Below are positions 1 to 11,462 of a DNA stretch of 64,000 nucleotides, in pieces (positions within the stretch are counted from its first letter, which is position 1; the number at the start of each line of letters is the position of its first letter). The notes under the pieces were generated by a model, which did no database searches, was not told the DNA's origin, and saw only the letters and a program-made list of their open reading frames with translations. The stretch covers positions 109,795-173,794 of the forward strand of contig CAWAYY010000049.1 in NCBI GenBank assembly GCA_963786255.1. Direction: 5' to 3'. The translations under genes were made by a program, and so were the position numbers. This DNA comes from Pirellulales bacterium. Lineage in GTDB: Bacteria > Planctomycetota > Planctomycetia > Pirellulales > JAICIG01.

Positions 1-362
1 CTGAGTCGGGTCACCGTGGCAACTGCTGCAAGCATTCCAACCGAAGTGGTGCAGCTCGTCGCCCAAGTTCGGCATGGCGGTGCGGTGGACGACTTTCGAA
101 TAGTCGGCGAGTCGGGATCGACGTCGATCGTCGCCAGGTAATCGGGTTTTTTCGTTTCCGTGCCGACGTAGAGCGCCGTAGCGTACAGCAGTTTCTCTCG
201 CGGCGCCTTCATCGCTTCCTCAGGAGAGGCGTAGGTGGCGCCGCAGCACGCCTGCTTGTCCTCCTTGCGGCCGAGGTTCTTGTCAGCCGCTGCGATCAGG
301 CCCGGAATCATCGCCGGCGCTGCCGTCGCCGCCGCCGCCGTTAGAAAGTCGCGTCGTCGCAT
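1..362 (-). CDS. Selenium-binding protein SBP56 / methanethiol oxidase (SELENBP1-like), Tat-exported; runs off the window start; one indel near 100
   Basis: Manual translation from ATG at 362 gives [16 protein letters not shown]...[22 protein letters not shown]...[14 protein letters not shown]. After a 1-nt shift it continues [30 protein letters not shown], the SBP56 signature. RRxFL twin-arginine motif present. Not in the ORF track. Confidence 0.9.
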   Translation of the reverse strand, partial: MRRRDFLTAAAATAAPAMIPGLIAAADKNLGRKEDKQACCGATYASPEEAMKAPREKLLYATALYVGTETKKPDYLATIDVDPDSPTIRKSSTAPPCRTWATSCTTSVGMLAAVATVTRL

Positions 363-582
363 GCGTCGGGAACTCCTATCTGTTTGGATGGCAAAAAAGG
401 CGCTAAGGAAACTCGCGGCTCGACCGGCCCGTCTCGTGGAGATTATACCGGATGGCGAGAAGCGGGGCTGGTTTCCTCCTTGCTCGCAATTCCGCTCGGC
501 AAATCCTGCGGAAATTCCGGCGAGCACTGAGGTGCTCAACGCGGAAACTTCGCCCGCGCGTTGATTCGTGCGGGCCGGCGGC

Positions 583-2326
583 TCAAACGCGAGACCCGGC
601 TTCGCTCAGCGTATTCGCGCCTTGAACGCCGCTGGTTTCTCTCGGCATTTTCCGGCGCCCGCGCTGGACGCTGAACAAGGTAACGATGTCTGCGAGCAGA
701 TCCTGCATCGCAACCACGCTGCCGATGAGCGGACCTTGCAAGTCGTCTTCCATCCGCCCGCCGGCATCCCAGGAGGCCAATTCGTTCGCCAATTGGGTGG
801 CGCGGACTTCAAGCGTTTGGATGGACTCGATCAGCCGCAGACGCGACTCGATTTCCGATTCATCGGGTCCGTCCGACTGGGCCTGCCTCTGGGCAAGGGC
901 CCAGTTGCTGAACCAGCGCAGTAAACTGGTCCGGCTGATGGTTCCGACGGGCCGGCCGTCGCGGACGATGATCACTTGTCGCATCGAGACGCGACTGAGA
1001 AAGTCGAAGATTCTCTCGATCGGCGTATTCTGGTCATAGGATACGACGTCTGATTGCGTGATCCGGTCGATCGGCCGAGACCACGCCTCCGGCGCGAGCA
1101 CGACGCCTAAAACGGCTTTTTCCGAGACGACCCCGACCAAATTTCCCGTCTCGTCGACCACGGGCGCCGAGTGGCTTCCGTGCTGGAGAAAAAATCGGGC
1201 GGCTTCGCCCACGGTGGTCTGACGAGTCAGCGAGGCGACTTGCAGCGACATCACATGGGCGGCGATCACGCCGCGGAACGGATTGCCGGCGCTGGTGGGG
1301 AGCAACTCTCCGGGCGCGAACGCGGAGTCCGCCGCCGAAGCGCCGAATCACGCGATTCCGGCCGACCTGTTTGGCCACGCGCAAGGCCTCGTCGGCAAGA
1401 TTGACCAACACGGTCGCGCACCGCGTATCGAGCATTCGCTCCGCGACCCCCATGCTTGCCGTGACGTGCAGCGAACGAGATTCGTAGGTCGCCGGCGTAG
1501 TTGCGATCAGTTCTCGAGTCTGCTCGGCCCACTTGGCGGCTTCCGCCTCAGTCGTATTCGGCAGCAGGATGCAAAACTCCTCTCCGCCGTAACGAAACGC
1601 CAGGTCGCTCGCCCGGCGGCGCTGTTGAATGACGGCGGCGACGGACTTCAATACCGCGTCGCCCGCCTGGTGCCCCTCCAGGTCGTTGATCTGCTTGAAG
1701 CGGTCGAGATCGAGCATCACGCAGGACAAGGGCGTTGCATACCGCACCGACTTGGCCCATTCGCGTTCGAGCTGCTCCTGCAGCGAGCGCCGGTTCAGGA
1801 TGCCCGTCAAGTCGTCGGTCCGAGCCAGGCTCCAGCGCCGCGTCAGCGCCATGGCGAACTGTCGCACTTCAACGACGTCGAACGGTTTTTTAAGAATCAG
1901 GAAGCGGTCGGTGCGTCCGAGTTGGCGGACCATCTGCTCCCAGGAATAATCGGAGTAAGCCGAGCAGATGACGATCAGGATTTCGGAATCGATCTCCCAT
2001 ATCTTGCGGACCGTCTCGATGCCGTCCCAGCCGGGCGGCATGCGAATATCGACGAACGCCATGGCGTAGGGCCGGCCTTCGTCGAGCGCCTGCTGCACCA
2101 TTTGGCGCCCTTGTTCGCCCTGGAACGCGCAATCCAGATCAAATCCCTCGTCTGGCGTCTCGCCGTCGAGCGGTTCCCGATCGAACAAGCTGAGGGCGGC
2201 GGCGTCCAGCTCGTCGACGCCCGCTCGATGCCTGCCGATGATCTTTCGGTAGTCTTCGTGAATGTTTTCCTGGTCGTCGATGACCAGGATGCGAGGACTG
2301 CGTTGAATCGGCTGCTGATCGTTCAT
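583..2326 (-). CDS. Response regulator diguanylate cyclase (REC-GGDEF-CBS pair), frameshifted near 1330
   Basis: REC domain (ILVIDD, AFVDIRMPPGWDG, KPFD). GGDEF domain (DDLTGILNRR, DLDRFKQIND, RASD I-site, RYGGEEF). Tandem CBS domains in ORF 583-1305. Confidence 0.85.
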
Positions 2327-2650
2327 TCCGAGACCCACTTGCAAACTCGCCGGAAAAACGAAGGCGCTCGGCCCCCCCTTGGCGGTTGGCGGCGCCTTGC
2401 CAGCGTACTTCCGCCTTTCGTGTCGGACTGAAGGCGGAGACCCCGCAATACCATAGGTTGCCAAATCGCGGCGCCCCGCACTCTGACCGAAAACGGCGGT
2501 TTCTCCGTGCGACTTGGAGCGGGCAGGCTTGTCTGGGGGACTTATTTCGATCATCGGGGCGACCCTGAGCGCCGCCGTAAGCTAGCTTTTCAAGGAGGCG
2601 CCGAGCGAGGCACGGGCGCCGAGTCGCCGCTGCTGCGAGACCTTCGCGCT

Positions 2651-3290
2651 ATGTCCCGTTACCGGCTTTTCGCCGCCGACCATAAATTGCTGCTGACCGT
2701 TTGGCTGCTGGCCCTGCTGGCGGGCTTCGCCTGGCTGCAACTTCACGCCTCGACTCCGGAAAGGCAAGCGCCGCGCCGCGCGAATGGCCGGCATCGAGCC
2801 GCTTGAAGCTCAACGCCGATGGCTGCACGCTGCTGGTTTTTATTCACCCGTATTGTCCTTGCAGCCGCGCCACGCTCGAAGAACTGGCGCACATCATGAC
2901 GCGTTGCCGGGGACGGTTGGAGGCGCAGGTCGTGCTGACGCTGCCCGGCGACGAACGAGCGGATTGGGAGCGGCTCGAGTACTGGAGGGCCGCCGCGGCG
3001 ATTCCCGGCGTTCGCTCGGCGGCGGACGTCGACGGATGCGAAGCGCGGAGGTTCGGCGCACGCACTTCCGGACAAACATTGTTATTTGATCGAAGCGGCG
3101 CGTTGCGTTTTGCCGGGGGCGTCACCGCCTCGCGGGGGCATGCCGGCGGCAATGCAGGGGAGGACGCGATCGTCGCCTGGGTTCTCGACGGAACCGCAGA
3201 CGTCGTCGAGACGCCGACTTTCGGCTGCGCCAGTTGCCGCTCGAGCCCGCTAAGGACAGCCCGGCTTCGGTCATCGAGGAGTAGGCAATG
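2651..3290 (+). CDS. Membrane-anchored thioredoxin-like RedB-type protein (frameshifted)
   Basis: N-terminal TM helix (LLLTVWLLALLAGFAWL), then FIHPYCPCSRATLEELA, FGARTSGQTLLF, RGHAGGN and a C-terminal TPTFGC. Joined from ORFs 2507-2806 and 2701-3411; the end is approximate. Confidence 0.7.
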
Positions 3291-4926
3291 CATGCAGCCA
3301 TCGAGCAAATTCCGTGCGGCGACGACTCATTTCAGCAAGACGCCGCGGCGCACGTCGACGAGCAACTCCACGCTATCGCCGTCCGCACCGACCGGATGTT
3401 CGCCTGGTTGATGGGGCTCCAATGGCTGGCGGCCATCGCCGCGGCGTTGTGGCTCTCGCCGCGGGCCTGGAGCGGAATGGAAAGTTCCGTCCACATTCAC
3501 GTCTGGTCGGCGTTCTTGTTAGGCGGGATCCTGTCGGCCTTGCCGATCTTTCTGGTGATCGTGCGTCCGGGGGCGGTAATGACTCGCCACGTGATCGCCG
3601 TGGCCCAAGCGCTCTGGTCGGCGCTGTTGATCCACTTGACCGGCGGCCGCATTGAAACGCATTTTCACGTTTTCGGATCGCTGGCAATCCTGGCTTCGTA
3701 CCGGCGATGGCAGGTGCTGGTGACGGCCACGATCGTCGTGGCGCTCGACCATGCGCTGCGAGGCCTCTGGTGGCCCGAGTCCGTTTACGGCGTGGCGGTC
3801 GCCAGCCCGTGGCGATCGCTGGAACACGCGGCCTGGGTGCTCTTCGAAGACGTCTTCCTCGCCTGGTCCATTCGGCAAAGCTCGGCGGACATGCAGCGGA
3901 TCGCTCTGAACCAGGTTCGGCTGCAGCGAGCCCGCGAGCTCGTCGAGGAAGAAGTGCAGTTGCGAACTCGGGAACTGCACGACCAGATCGCCGTACGGAT
4001 GCGAGCCGAAAAGCAGCTTGCCGCGACGCATCAGCAGTTGCTGGCCGCCGCCCGCCGCGCCGGCATGGCGGACGTCGCCACCAGCGTGCTGCACAACGTG
4101 GGTAATGTACTGAACAGCATCAACGTGTCGAGTTCGATCGCGGCCGACCGCGTGCGCCGCTCAAAGGTCTCGCATCTGGTCGAAGCAGTCGAACTGATGG
4201 AGCGGCACGAAGCCGACCTGGGAGACTTCATCGCGAACGATCCCCGCGGCCGTCAATTGCCCGTCTTCCTCAGATTGTTGGCCAAACGTTTGCAGGACGA
4301 ACACGGCGAAGTGCTTGCCGAGTTGGACGCACTGGCTTCGAGACTCGACCACGTGAAGAAGATCGTCTCGGCGCAACAATCGCACGCCAGCGCCGGAGGT
4401 TTTGTGGAACGGACCGATGCGGCCCAGGCGACTTGACGAGGCCCTGGCGTTCGAGGCCTCGTCGCTGGAAAAACACGGCGTCGAGGTGATTCGCGAATAT
4501 GAAGGCCTGCCAGCGATCGAACTCGATCGGCAGGAACTGCTCTGCAGATTCTGATCAACCTGGTCCGGAACGCCAAGGATGCGCTGTTCGAAATGCCGGG
4601 CGGTCAGCGGCGCCTGACGTGCCGGATCCGGCCGAGCGGCGAAAAACGATTTCAAATCGTGGTCCAGGACAACGGCGACGGGCATACCGAAGCAGAACCT
4701 GACCCGCATCTTTTCGCACGGCTTCACCACCAAGCCGCACGGGCACGGATTCGGCTTGCACAGTTGCGCCATCGCCGTCCGGGAAATGGGAGGCTGCCTC
4801 TCGGTGCACAGCGACGGCTCGCAGTGCGGCGCAACCTTCACGCTGGAACTGCCGATCGCCGCTCCCACCGGCGCACGGCGGAGCGCCAAGCAGACGAGTG
4901 AGGCTAACTGCCAATTGGTCGGTTAG
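3288..4926 (+). CDS. Multi-TM sensor histidine kinase (RedC-like input domain), frameshifted
   Basis: Integral membrane domain with [24 protein letters not shown]-box [18 protein letters not shown]. HATPase pieces ([35 protein letters not shown]) lie in successive frames. Confidence 0.85.
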
Positions 4927-5125
4927 ACCCGGGGCCGTCGGCTTCCTTTCGACAGACGCGGGCGCGGCAGGCTGCATTCCTCGCTTCCCTTCGCGGCAAA
5001 TCTTTCCGTGCGCCGTTGCTCGCCCGGCAGGGTGGTAAACCGAGGCAATCGTGCACAGAATGCACGAATTCGGCGGGAAGAACGCCGCCGCCACGCTCAA
5101 GTCACTCATCGCAGGGAACCCGCAC

Positions 5126-6155
5126 ATGAAACCGTCGACGGAGCCGCCGTCATCTGACGCACGGGTAGATAGCGAACCGTACCATGCCGACGAGCGTTGG
5201 GCTCGCCTTCCGGAGGGCTGGAGTTGGACGGAAGCGACGGCCGTGGCCTGCGACCGCCATGACCGGGTCTACGTCTTCAATCGCGGCGAGCACCCGATGC
5301 TGGTCTTCGCACCGGACGGCTCGTTTCTGCGATCGTGGGGCGAAGGTTTGTTCGCACGGCCGCACGGAGTCTTCGTCGGCCCGGACGATGCGGTCTACTG
5401 CACGGACGATCTCGATCATACCGTCCGCAAGTTCACGCCCGACGGTCAGCTCCTGCTCACGCTCGGCGCCAGCGGCAAGCCCTCGGAGACGGGCGCCACG
5501 AGCGTCGACTATCGAACGATCGTTCGCCCAGGCGGACCGTTCCACTATCCGACCAACGTAGCTCTGTCGCCCGAGGGAGAGATCTACGTGGCCGACGGCT
5601 ATGGCAACGCGCGCGTTCATAAGTTCTCGCCGGACGGGCGTCTTCTGCTGTCCTGGGGCTCGCCGGGCGCCGGTCCCGGTCAATTTCATGTGCCCCACGG
5701 AATCGCGGTCGACCGGCAAGGCACGGTTTATGTGGCCGACCGCGAGAACAGCCGTCTGCAACTGTTCACTTCCCAGGGCGAATACCTGGCGGAGTGGACC
5801 GACGTCGCCCGGCCCTGCCAGGTATTCATCGCCGCCGCCGGGGACGTCTATGTGGCCGAGCTCGGATATCGCGCAGGCATGTGGCCCGGCACGGCGGCGC
5901 CTTCGGCCGATGCTCCGGGCGGCCGCGTCAGCGTGTTCGACTCGCAAGGCCGCCTTCGCGCTCGCTGGGGCGGCGGGCAGAACCCCTGCGCCGGGCGACT
6001 TCTTCGCGCCGCACGGAATTTCGGTCGATTCGCAAGGCAGCATTTACGTTGCCGAAGTCGGCATGTCCGCCGGCGGCAACCGGGGCCTGGTCCCGCCCGA
6101 TTGCCACTCGCTGCAGAAGTTCACGCCTCGCGGCCGCCCGACTCCTTCACTCTAG
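5126..6155 (+). CDS. NHL-repeat beta-propeller, peptidyl-alpha-hydroxyglycine lyase-like (frameshift near 5995)
   Basis: Repeated F-x-x-PHG-[IV]-x-V-D...VYV[AT]D NHL motifs and YVADGYGNARVHKF. Confidence 0.85.
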
Positions 6156-6223
6156 CCGGCGCCATCGGTTAAGATCGTGGCGCTGGCAGAGGGAATTATC
6201 GCCGACCAACTGAGAGCGCGCAG

Positions 6224-7427
6224 GTGGGAGTCTACGAAGAGCTTGGCATCGAACCGATTATCAACGCTTCCGGCGCCGTCACCCGCTTGGGCGGCGCCCA
6301 TGCCCGCGGCCGTGCTCGACGCCTTTTGCGCCGCCGCGGCCGAGGCGGTTCCGCTTGACCTGCTTCAAGCGGCGGCTTGCCGCAAGATCGCTGCAGCGAC
6401 TGGGGCCGAGGCGGGGCTGGTCACCGCAGGCGCCGCCGCGGCGCTGACGCTCGGCACGGCCGCCATCCTGAGCGGCTACGATTTACGCCGGATGGAAGGG
6501 TTGCCGCACGACGATGGTTTCTCTCCCAACGAATTCATCATGGCGCGCGAACAGCGCAACGGCTACGACCATGCCGTGCGTGCGGCCGGCGCCCGGCTCG
6601 TCGAAGTCGGTTTCCACGAGATCGTCGCCAATGCGGGCGTGCGACGTGCGGAAGTTTGGGAATACGAAGCGGTCTTCGGCCCCCGCACGGCCGCCGTGCT
6701 ATACGTTTTCGCTCCGCATTCCCGTCCCGACCTGGAAACGCTGGTCGCTCGAGCACATGCCCGCGGCTTGCCGGTGCTGGTCGATGCGGCGGGTGAATTG
6801 CCGCCGCGGGCGAACTTGAAGCAAATTATTGCCAGCGGCGCCGACCTGGTCGCCTTCAGCGGCGGCAAGGCCATCCGCGGTCCCCAGGCGACCGGTATTC
6901 TATGCGGGCGGCGAGACCTGGTCGGCGCCGCCGCTTTGCACATGCTCGACATGGACGATCACTTCGAGCTCTGGGATCCGCCCGCGGAACTGATCGACAA
7001 AGCCAAGCTGCCGGGCATGCCGCGGCACGGCCTGGGCCGCGGCTTCAAAGTCTCCAAGGAACAGATCGTCGCTTTGCTCAAGGCGCTGGATCTGTTCACC
7101 GCCGGAGATTACGAACGCCAGCGCGCCCAGCAGCGAGATTATTTGCGGCGCATCGCGGCGGCGCTGGAAGGTTGTGCGGCGCAAAGCACGTTCATCGATC
7201 GGGGCGAAGACGAACCGCTCCCTCTGCTGGAAATCGCGGTCGACGAAGCGGCGTTGGGCCGTTCGGCCCTGGAAGTCTGCCGGCGGTTGCGCAGCGGCTC
7301 GCCCCCGTGCTATCTGGGGCACGGAAAACTGAGTGAAGGAAAACTAGTGGTGAATCCGCTGCATCTCGACGATGCGCGTGCGGCCGCATTGGCGGCTCGA
7401 ATACGAGAGGAACTGACATGCCGATGA
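6224..7427 (+). CDS. SelA-like / DgaE-family PLP-dependent enzyme (indel near 6300)
   Basis: GTG start gives MGVYEELGIEPIINASGAVTRLGG. Also VDAAGE, the PLP lysine motif FSGGKAIRGPQATG, and GRGFKVSKEQIV. Confidence 0.85.
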
Positions 7428-9804
7428 AACTTTCCGGGCTCGAAATCTTGCACCGTCTGGGGCGCGGAGAATCAATTGCCTCCGTCTGCAGCGCTGCGCA
7501 GATCAGCCGCGAAGAGTTTGACGCCTGGTGGAAAGCTGAACTCGAGCGGCGGCTGCCCGTGACCAGCGGCGCTTGCCCCGCGAATTCCGCGGGCCCCGTG
7601 GAAATTGTTCGCGACACGTGGGGCATTCCGCACTTGCTGGCCGATACCGACGAGGCCTTGTTCTACGGTTTTGGCTACGCCATGGCGCAAGACCGGCTGT
7701 TTCAGCTTGATTACCTGCGGCGCCGAGCGCTGGGCCGCTTGTCCGAAGTGCTGGGCGCCGAATCGCTCGAGTTGGATCTCGTGGCTCGCACCGTCAATCT
7801 CTGGGCGACCGCCGAGGCCGAATGGGCCGCCATGAGCGCCGAAGCCCGCCAACTGATGAATGCCTTTTCCGCCGGCGTCAACGCCTATATCACCGCCAGC
7901 AGCGATGCGCCGCCGATCGAGTTCGACCTGCTTGATTATAAGCCGGAGCCGTGGCGACCGGTCGATAGCCTGGCCATCGCCGGTGAGTTGCGCTGGTATT
8001 TGACGGGCCGGCTGCCAATCATCGCCGTGCCGGAATTGGTGCGCCGCAAGTTGGGCGACGGGCCGCAGTACCAGGCGTTCATCCGCGCGGAAGTCGACGA
8101 GGAAAGCATCGTTCCGCAAGGACTGTATCCCAGCGTGCAGCGCGGGCTTGAATCGCTCTCGGGCACGGGCGGCGCCGCGGAACCCGCTCCGGGCAGCAAC
8201 AATTGGGTCGTAGCCGGTCCGCGGACGGTCACCGGCAAACCGCTGCTGGCCAGCGATCCGCACATTGCCTTGGGCGCCGTTTCCTGCTGGTACGAAGTTC
8301 ACCTCTGCGGCGGCTCGTTCAACGTAGCCGGCATGGCTTACGCCGGAATGCCGGGCGTGATGTTCGGTCGCAACGAGCACGTCGCCTGGGGCTGCACGAA
8401 CAACGCTTGTTCGCAGCGCAACCTGTACCAGGAAAAGACCGACGCCGCGCATCCCGACTAGCTTTTTGTTCGACGGCCAATGGGAGCCCGCGCAAACCCG
8501 CGAAGAGGTCATTCGCGTTCGCGACGCCGAGCCGGTCCGCAAAACGATCCGCTCGTCGCGTCATGGTCCGATCATCGATGAGCTGTTGCCGCCCGCGCTT
8601 CGCAGCAGCGAGCCGGTCTCGCTGCGCTGGCTCGGTTCGGAGCCGTGCGGCTGGCAGGAGGCGTTGTTGGGCATGGACCGAGCCACGTCCGCCGAGGCCT
8701 TGCGAGAGGCGATGCGGCCCTGGATCGTGCCGACCTTCTGCCTGGTGTTCTGCGACGTGGACGGCCACATCGGCTATCAAGCCGTCGGGCGCATTCCGGT
8801 GCGTAAATTCGCCACGCGCAGTTACCTGGAAGGCTGGAACCCGGACCACGTCTGGGAAGGTTTGATCCCGTTCGAAGGCATGCCGCGGCTGGCCGACCCG
8901 CCGCGAGGCTTTGCCGTTACGGCCAATAACCGTCCGGCGCCCGACGATTTCCCCTATCCGCTGGCCGGAGTCTGGCCGGCCGGTTACCGAGCTCGTCGGA
9001 TTCGCGAGATGATCGAAGGGCGAGACAAGCTGGCGCTCGATAACATCGGCGCCATGCAACTCGACGTTCTGTATCAACGGGCCGTCGATTGCGTGCCTTC
9101 GCTGCTGGAAATTGCTGGCCGGCGAAACGGAGCCGGCATTGCAGCAAGCCGCGGAGGATCTGCGCAACTGGGACGGCCGGATGGAACCCGATTCGCGCGC
9201 GGCGTTGATCTTCGAGCTGTTCTTCACGCATTGGTGTCACGCGGTCGCCCAGGAGCATTTCTCCGGCGAAGCGGCGACGCTGGTTTCAGCGGCGGCCCCC
9301 AGCCTGGCGGTGCAACTGCTGCATGGCGACGCCATCAACTGGTTCGGCCCCGGCAAGCGGGAAGCGGCCGTGCACAGCGCGTTGGCCGCCACGCTCGACG
9401 CCATCGCCACGCGGCTCGGCGCCGATCGCAGCCAGTGGACGTGGGGCGCACTGCACCGGACCCAACAGCGGCACGTGCTCACCGCGCGCGGCGACCTGGC
9501 CAGCTTGCTCGATCAGCCGTCGTTTCCGATCCGCGGCAACCCTTACACCGTCTGCAATACCGGCGGCGATGCCGAGTGGCAGGCAAACCTGGCCGGCGGT
9601 TACCGGATGATCGTCGACATGTCGGTGCAGCCGCCCGAGATGTGGGCCGTCGACGCCGGCAGCGAATCAGGCCATCCCGGCAGCCCGCACTATTGCGACC
9701 AAATGGGCGACTGGATTGCCGGGCGCTACCATCGCTTGTCGCTCGACCGCGCGGCCGTCGACGCCGCCGCTCGCCATCGGCTGCGGTTGGAGCCGGCCGG
9801 ATAA
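7418..9804 (+). CDS. Penicillin acylase family Ntn-hydrolase (two indels)
   Basis: RDTWGIPH, GYAMAQDRLFQ, nucleophile motif GSNNWVV, GKPLLASDPH, TANN, and C-terminal SESGHPGSPHYCDQ. Confidence 0.9.
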
Positions 9805-9863
9805 CGCATGATGGGGCGTGGCTGAGCGAAGTTCCTTCACAACCTCTTTGAAAGACGACCAAC

Positions 9864-11456
9864 ATGCTCATCGGCTACGTCAGCGATGAACGGTATGTGG
9901 CTTTGCCCGACGTGATGCTGGAGTTTCTGCAGGGCGGGCGTTCCATCGAAGCCCGTTCTCGCGCCAGCGGCGCGGTCTATGCCGAGCTGTCGCCCGGCGC
10001 CTGCGAAGCCGTGCTTTACAAACAAGGTTACGGTTCTAAACGCGTGCAGTTCGACGTGCAGCCGGACCAGGCTTATCAGTTCCGCCTGCTCTCCGACGGC
10101 CTGCTGGGCTACATCTGGCCGAAGTGGGTCAAGGCGGGCGGAGAAGGCGGAGTTTCGCGTCCACTCGGTCGAGGAGTACCAGCTGGAACTGTGGCGGTAC
10201 GGCGCGGAAAAGGAGTTCATCGCGCAATATCGGCTGGCTCGACGAGCACGGCCCGCGGGCGACGATGCAGATCACGCCCGACGGCGACTACACGCAGACC
10301 GGCGTCGAGTGGAACAAGCAGGGCTACAACAACAAGGGCCATGGCCAGTATGGTCGAGGCGCCGGAGCGGAGCGGGCTGTATTACTTTCATGCCCGCACC
10401 GAGTCGGGCCTGCACTTCTGCATTTCCCTGGATCGTGGCGCCGGCAGAGCCGACCAGGCAAAGCTCGCCGTGTTGGCGTCGAACATCACCTGGAACGCCT
10501 ACAACAGCTTCGGCGGCCGCAGCAATTACATTCATGCCGACCGTTTCCCGCCGACGCCGACGGTCAATTCGCGGCAGGAACTCAAACGCTACACCGATCC
10601 CGAGCATCTGCACTACGATACCGACGACTATGCTCCGCTGTCGTTCGACCGGCCCGAACCGATCAACTCCATTGCCGCGCGCGAGGAGCTGACCGACCCG
10701 ATCGAAGGCCGCGCAGGGCTGTCACCTGGCCGCGGCCGAGTGGCGGCTGCTCGGCTGGCTGGAGCGCGAGAGGTTCGCCTACGACTTCTACAGCGAGACG
10801 CAGTTTCATTTCGACGACTGTCGACTCGGACGAGTACCGCGTGCTGGTCCTCACCACGCATCCGGAATATTGGTCGCGCAAGATGTACGACCGGCTCAAG
10901 ACGCTGGGTCTTCGAAGCGGGGCGGCAGGCTGATCTACCTGGGCGGCAACGGCCTGAACTGCGAGGTCGAGTTCGTCGATTCTCCACGATGATCTGCCGC
11001 AACGGCGACTCGCGAGAAATGGACCGCCGCAAGCTCGACAGCCGCTTCCATCTGCGTTACGAGTCGGAAGCCAACCTGCTGGGCGTCGTCTATACCGAGG
11101 CGGGCGCCATGACCGGGCGCGCCGTATCGAGTGATCGAGGCCGACCACTGGGGCTTCGCCGGCACGGGGCTGAAGCGAGACGAACTGTTCGGGCTGCACA
11201 GTCAGCACCGGCGCTGTCGCCGGCGGCGCTTCGGCGACACGAGACCGACAAGATCTCGCCCAGTTCGCCGCGCAACGTCAAGCTGCTGGCCAAGGGAACG
11301 AATTGCGACAACGGCGGCGCCGAGATGATTTATTACGACACGGCCAGCGGCGGCGAAGTCTTTTCCGTCGGCTCCATCGCCTGGCCCAGTTGCGTGCTGG
11401 TCGACGACGCCGTTTCGAAGATCACCGCCAACGTGATCCGGCGTTTCTTAGGGTGA
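9864..11456 (+). CDS. N,N-dimethylformamidase beta-subunit family protein (several indels)
   Basis: TWNAYNSFGGRSNY, LSFDRP, EWRLLGWLEREG-like segment, HPEYWSRKMYD, YLGGNG and GGEVFSVGSI motifs across frames. Confidence 0.75.
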   Translation: MLIGYVSDERYVALPDVMLEFLQGGRSIEARSRASGAVYAELSPGACEAVLYKQGYGSKRVQFDVQPDQAYQFRLLSDGLLGYIWPKWVKAGGEGGVSRPLGRGVPAGTVAVRRGKGVHRAISAGSTSTARGRRCRSRPTATTRRPASSGTSRATTTRAMASMVEAPERSGLYYFHARTESGLHFCISLDRGAGRADQAKLAVLASNITWNAYNSFGGRSNYIHADRFPPTPTVNSRQELKRYTDPEHLHYDTDDYAPLSFDRPEPINSIAAREELTDPIEGRAGLSPGRGRVAAARLAGAREVRLRLLQRDAVSFRRLSTRTSTACWSSPRIRNIGRARCTTGSRRWVFEAGRQADLPGRQRPELRGRVRRFSTMICRNGDSREMDRRKLDSRFHLRYESEANLLGVVYTEAGAMTGRAVSSDRGRPLGLRRHGAEARRTVRAAQSAPALSPAALRRHETDKISPSSPRNVKLLAKGTNCDNGGAEMIYYDTASGGEVFSVGSIAWPSCVLVDDAVSKITANVIRRFLG

Positions 11457-11462
11457 GACCGA

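Noticed and set aside
6224-7427. SelA-like gene plus SBP56 as a selenium-utilisation locus
   Set aside because: No selB, selC or selD and no in-frame TGA with continuing homology. The motifs fit the DgaE/SelA-like branch, and SBP56 is a sulfur enzyme 6 kb away.
8459-8461. In-frame TAG in the acylase as possible pyrrolysine or readthrough
   Set aside because: Homology continues in a different frame (8466 onward), so this is an indel and not recoding.
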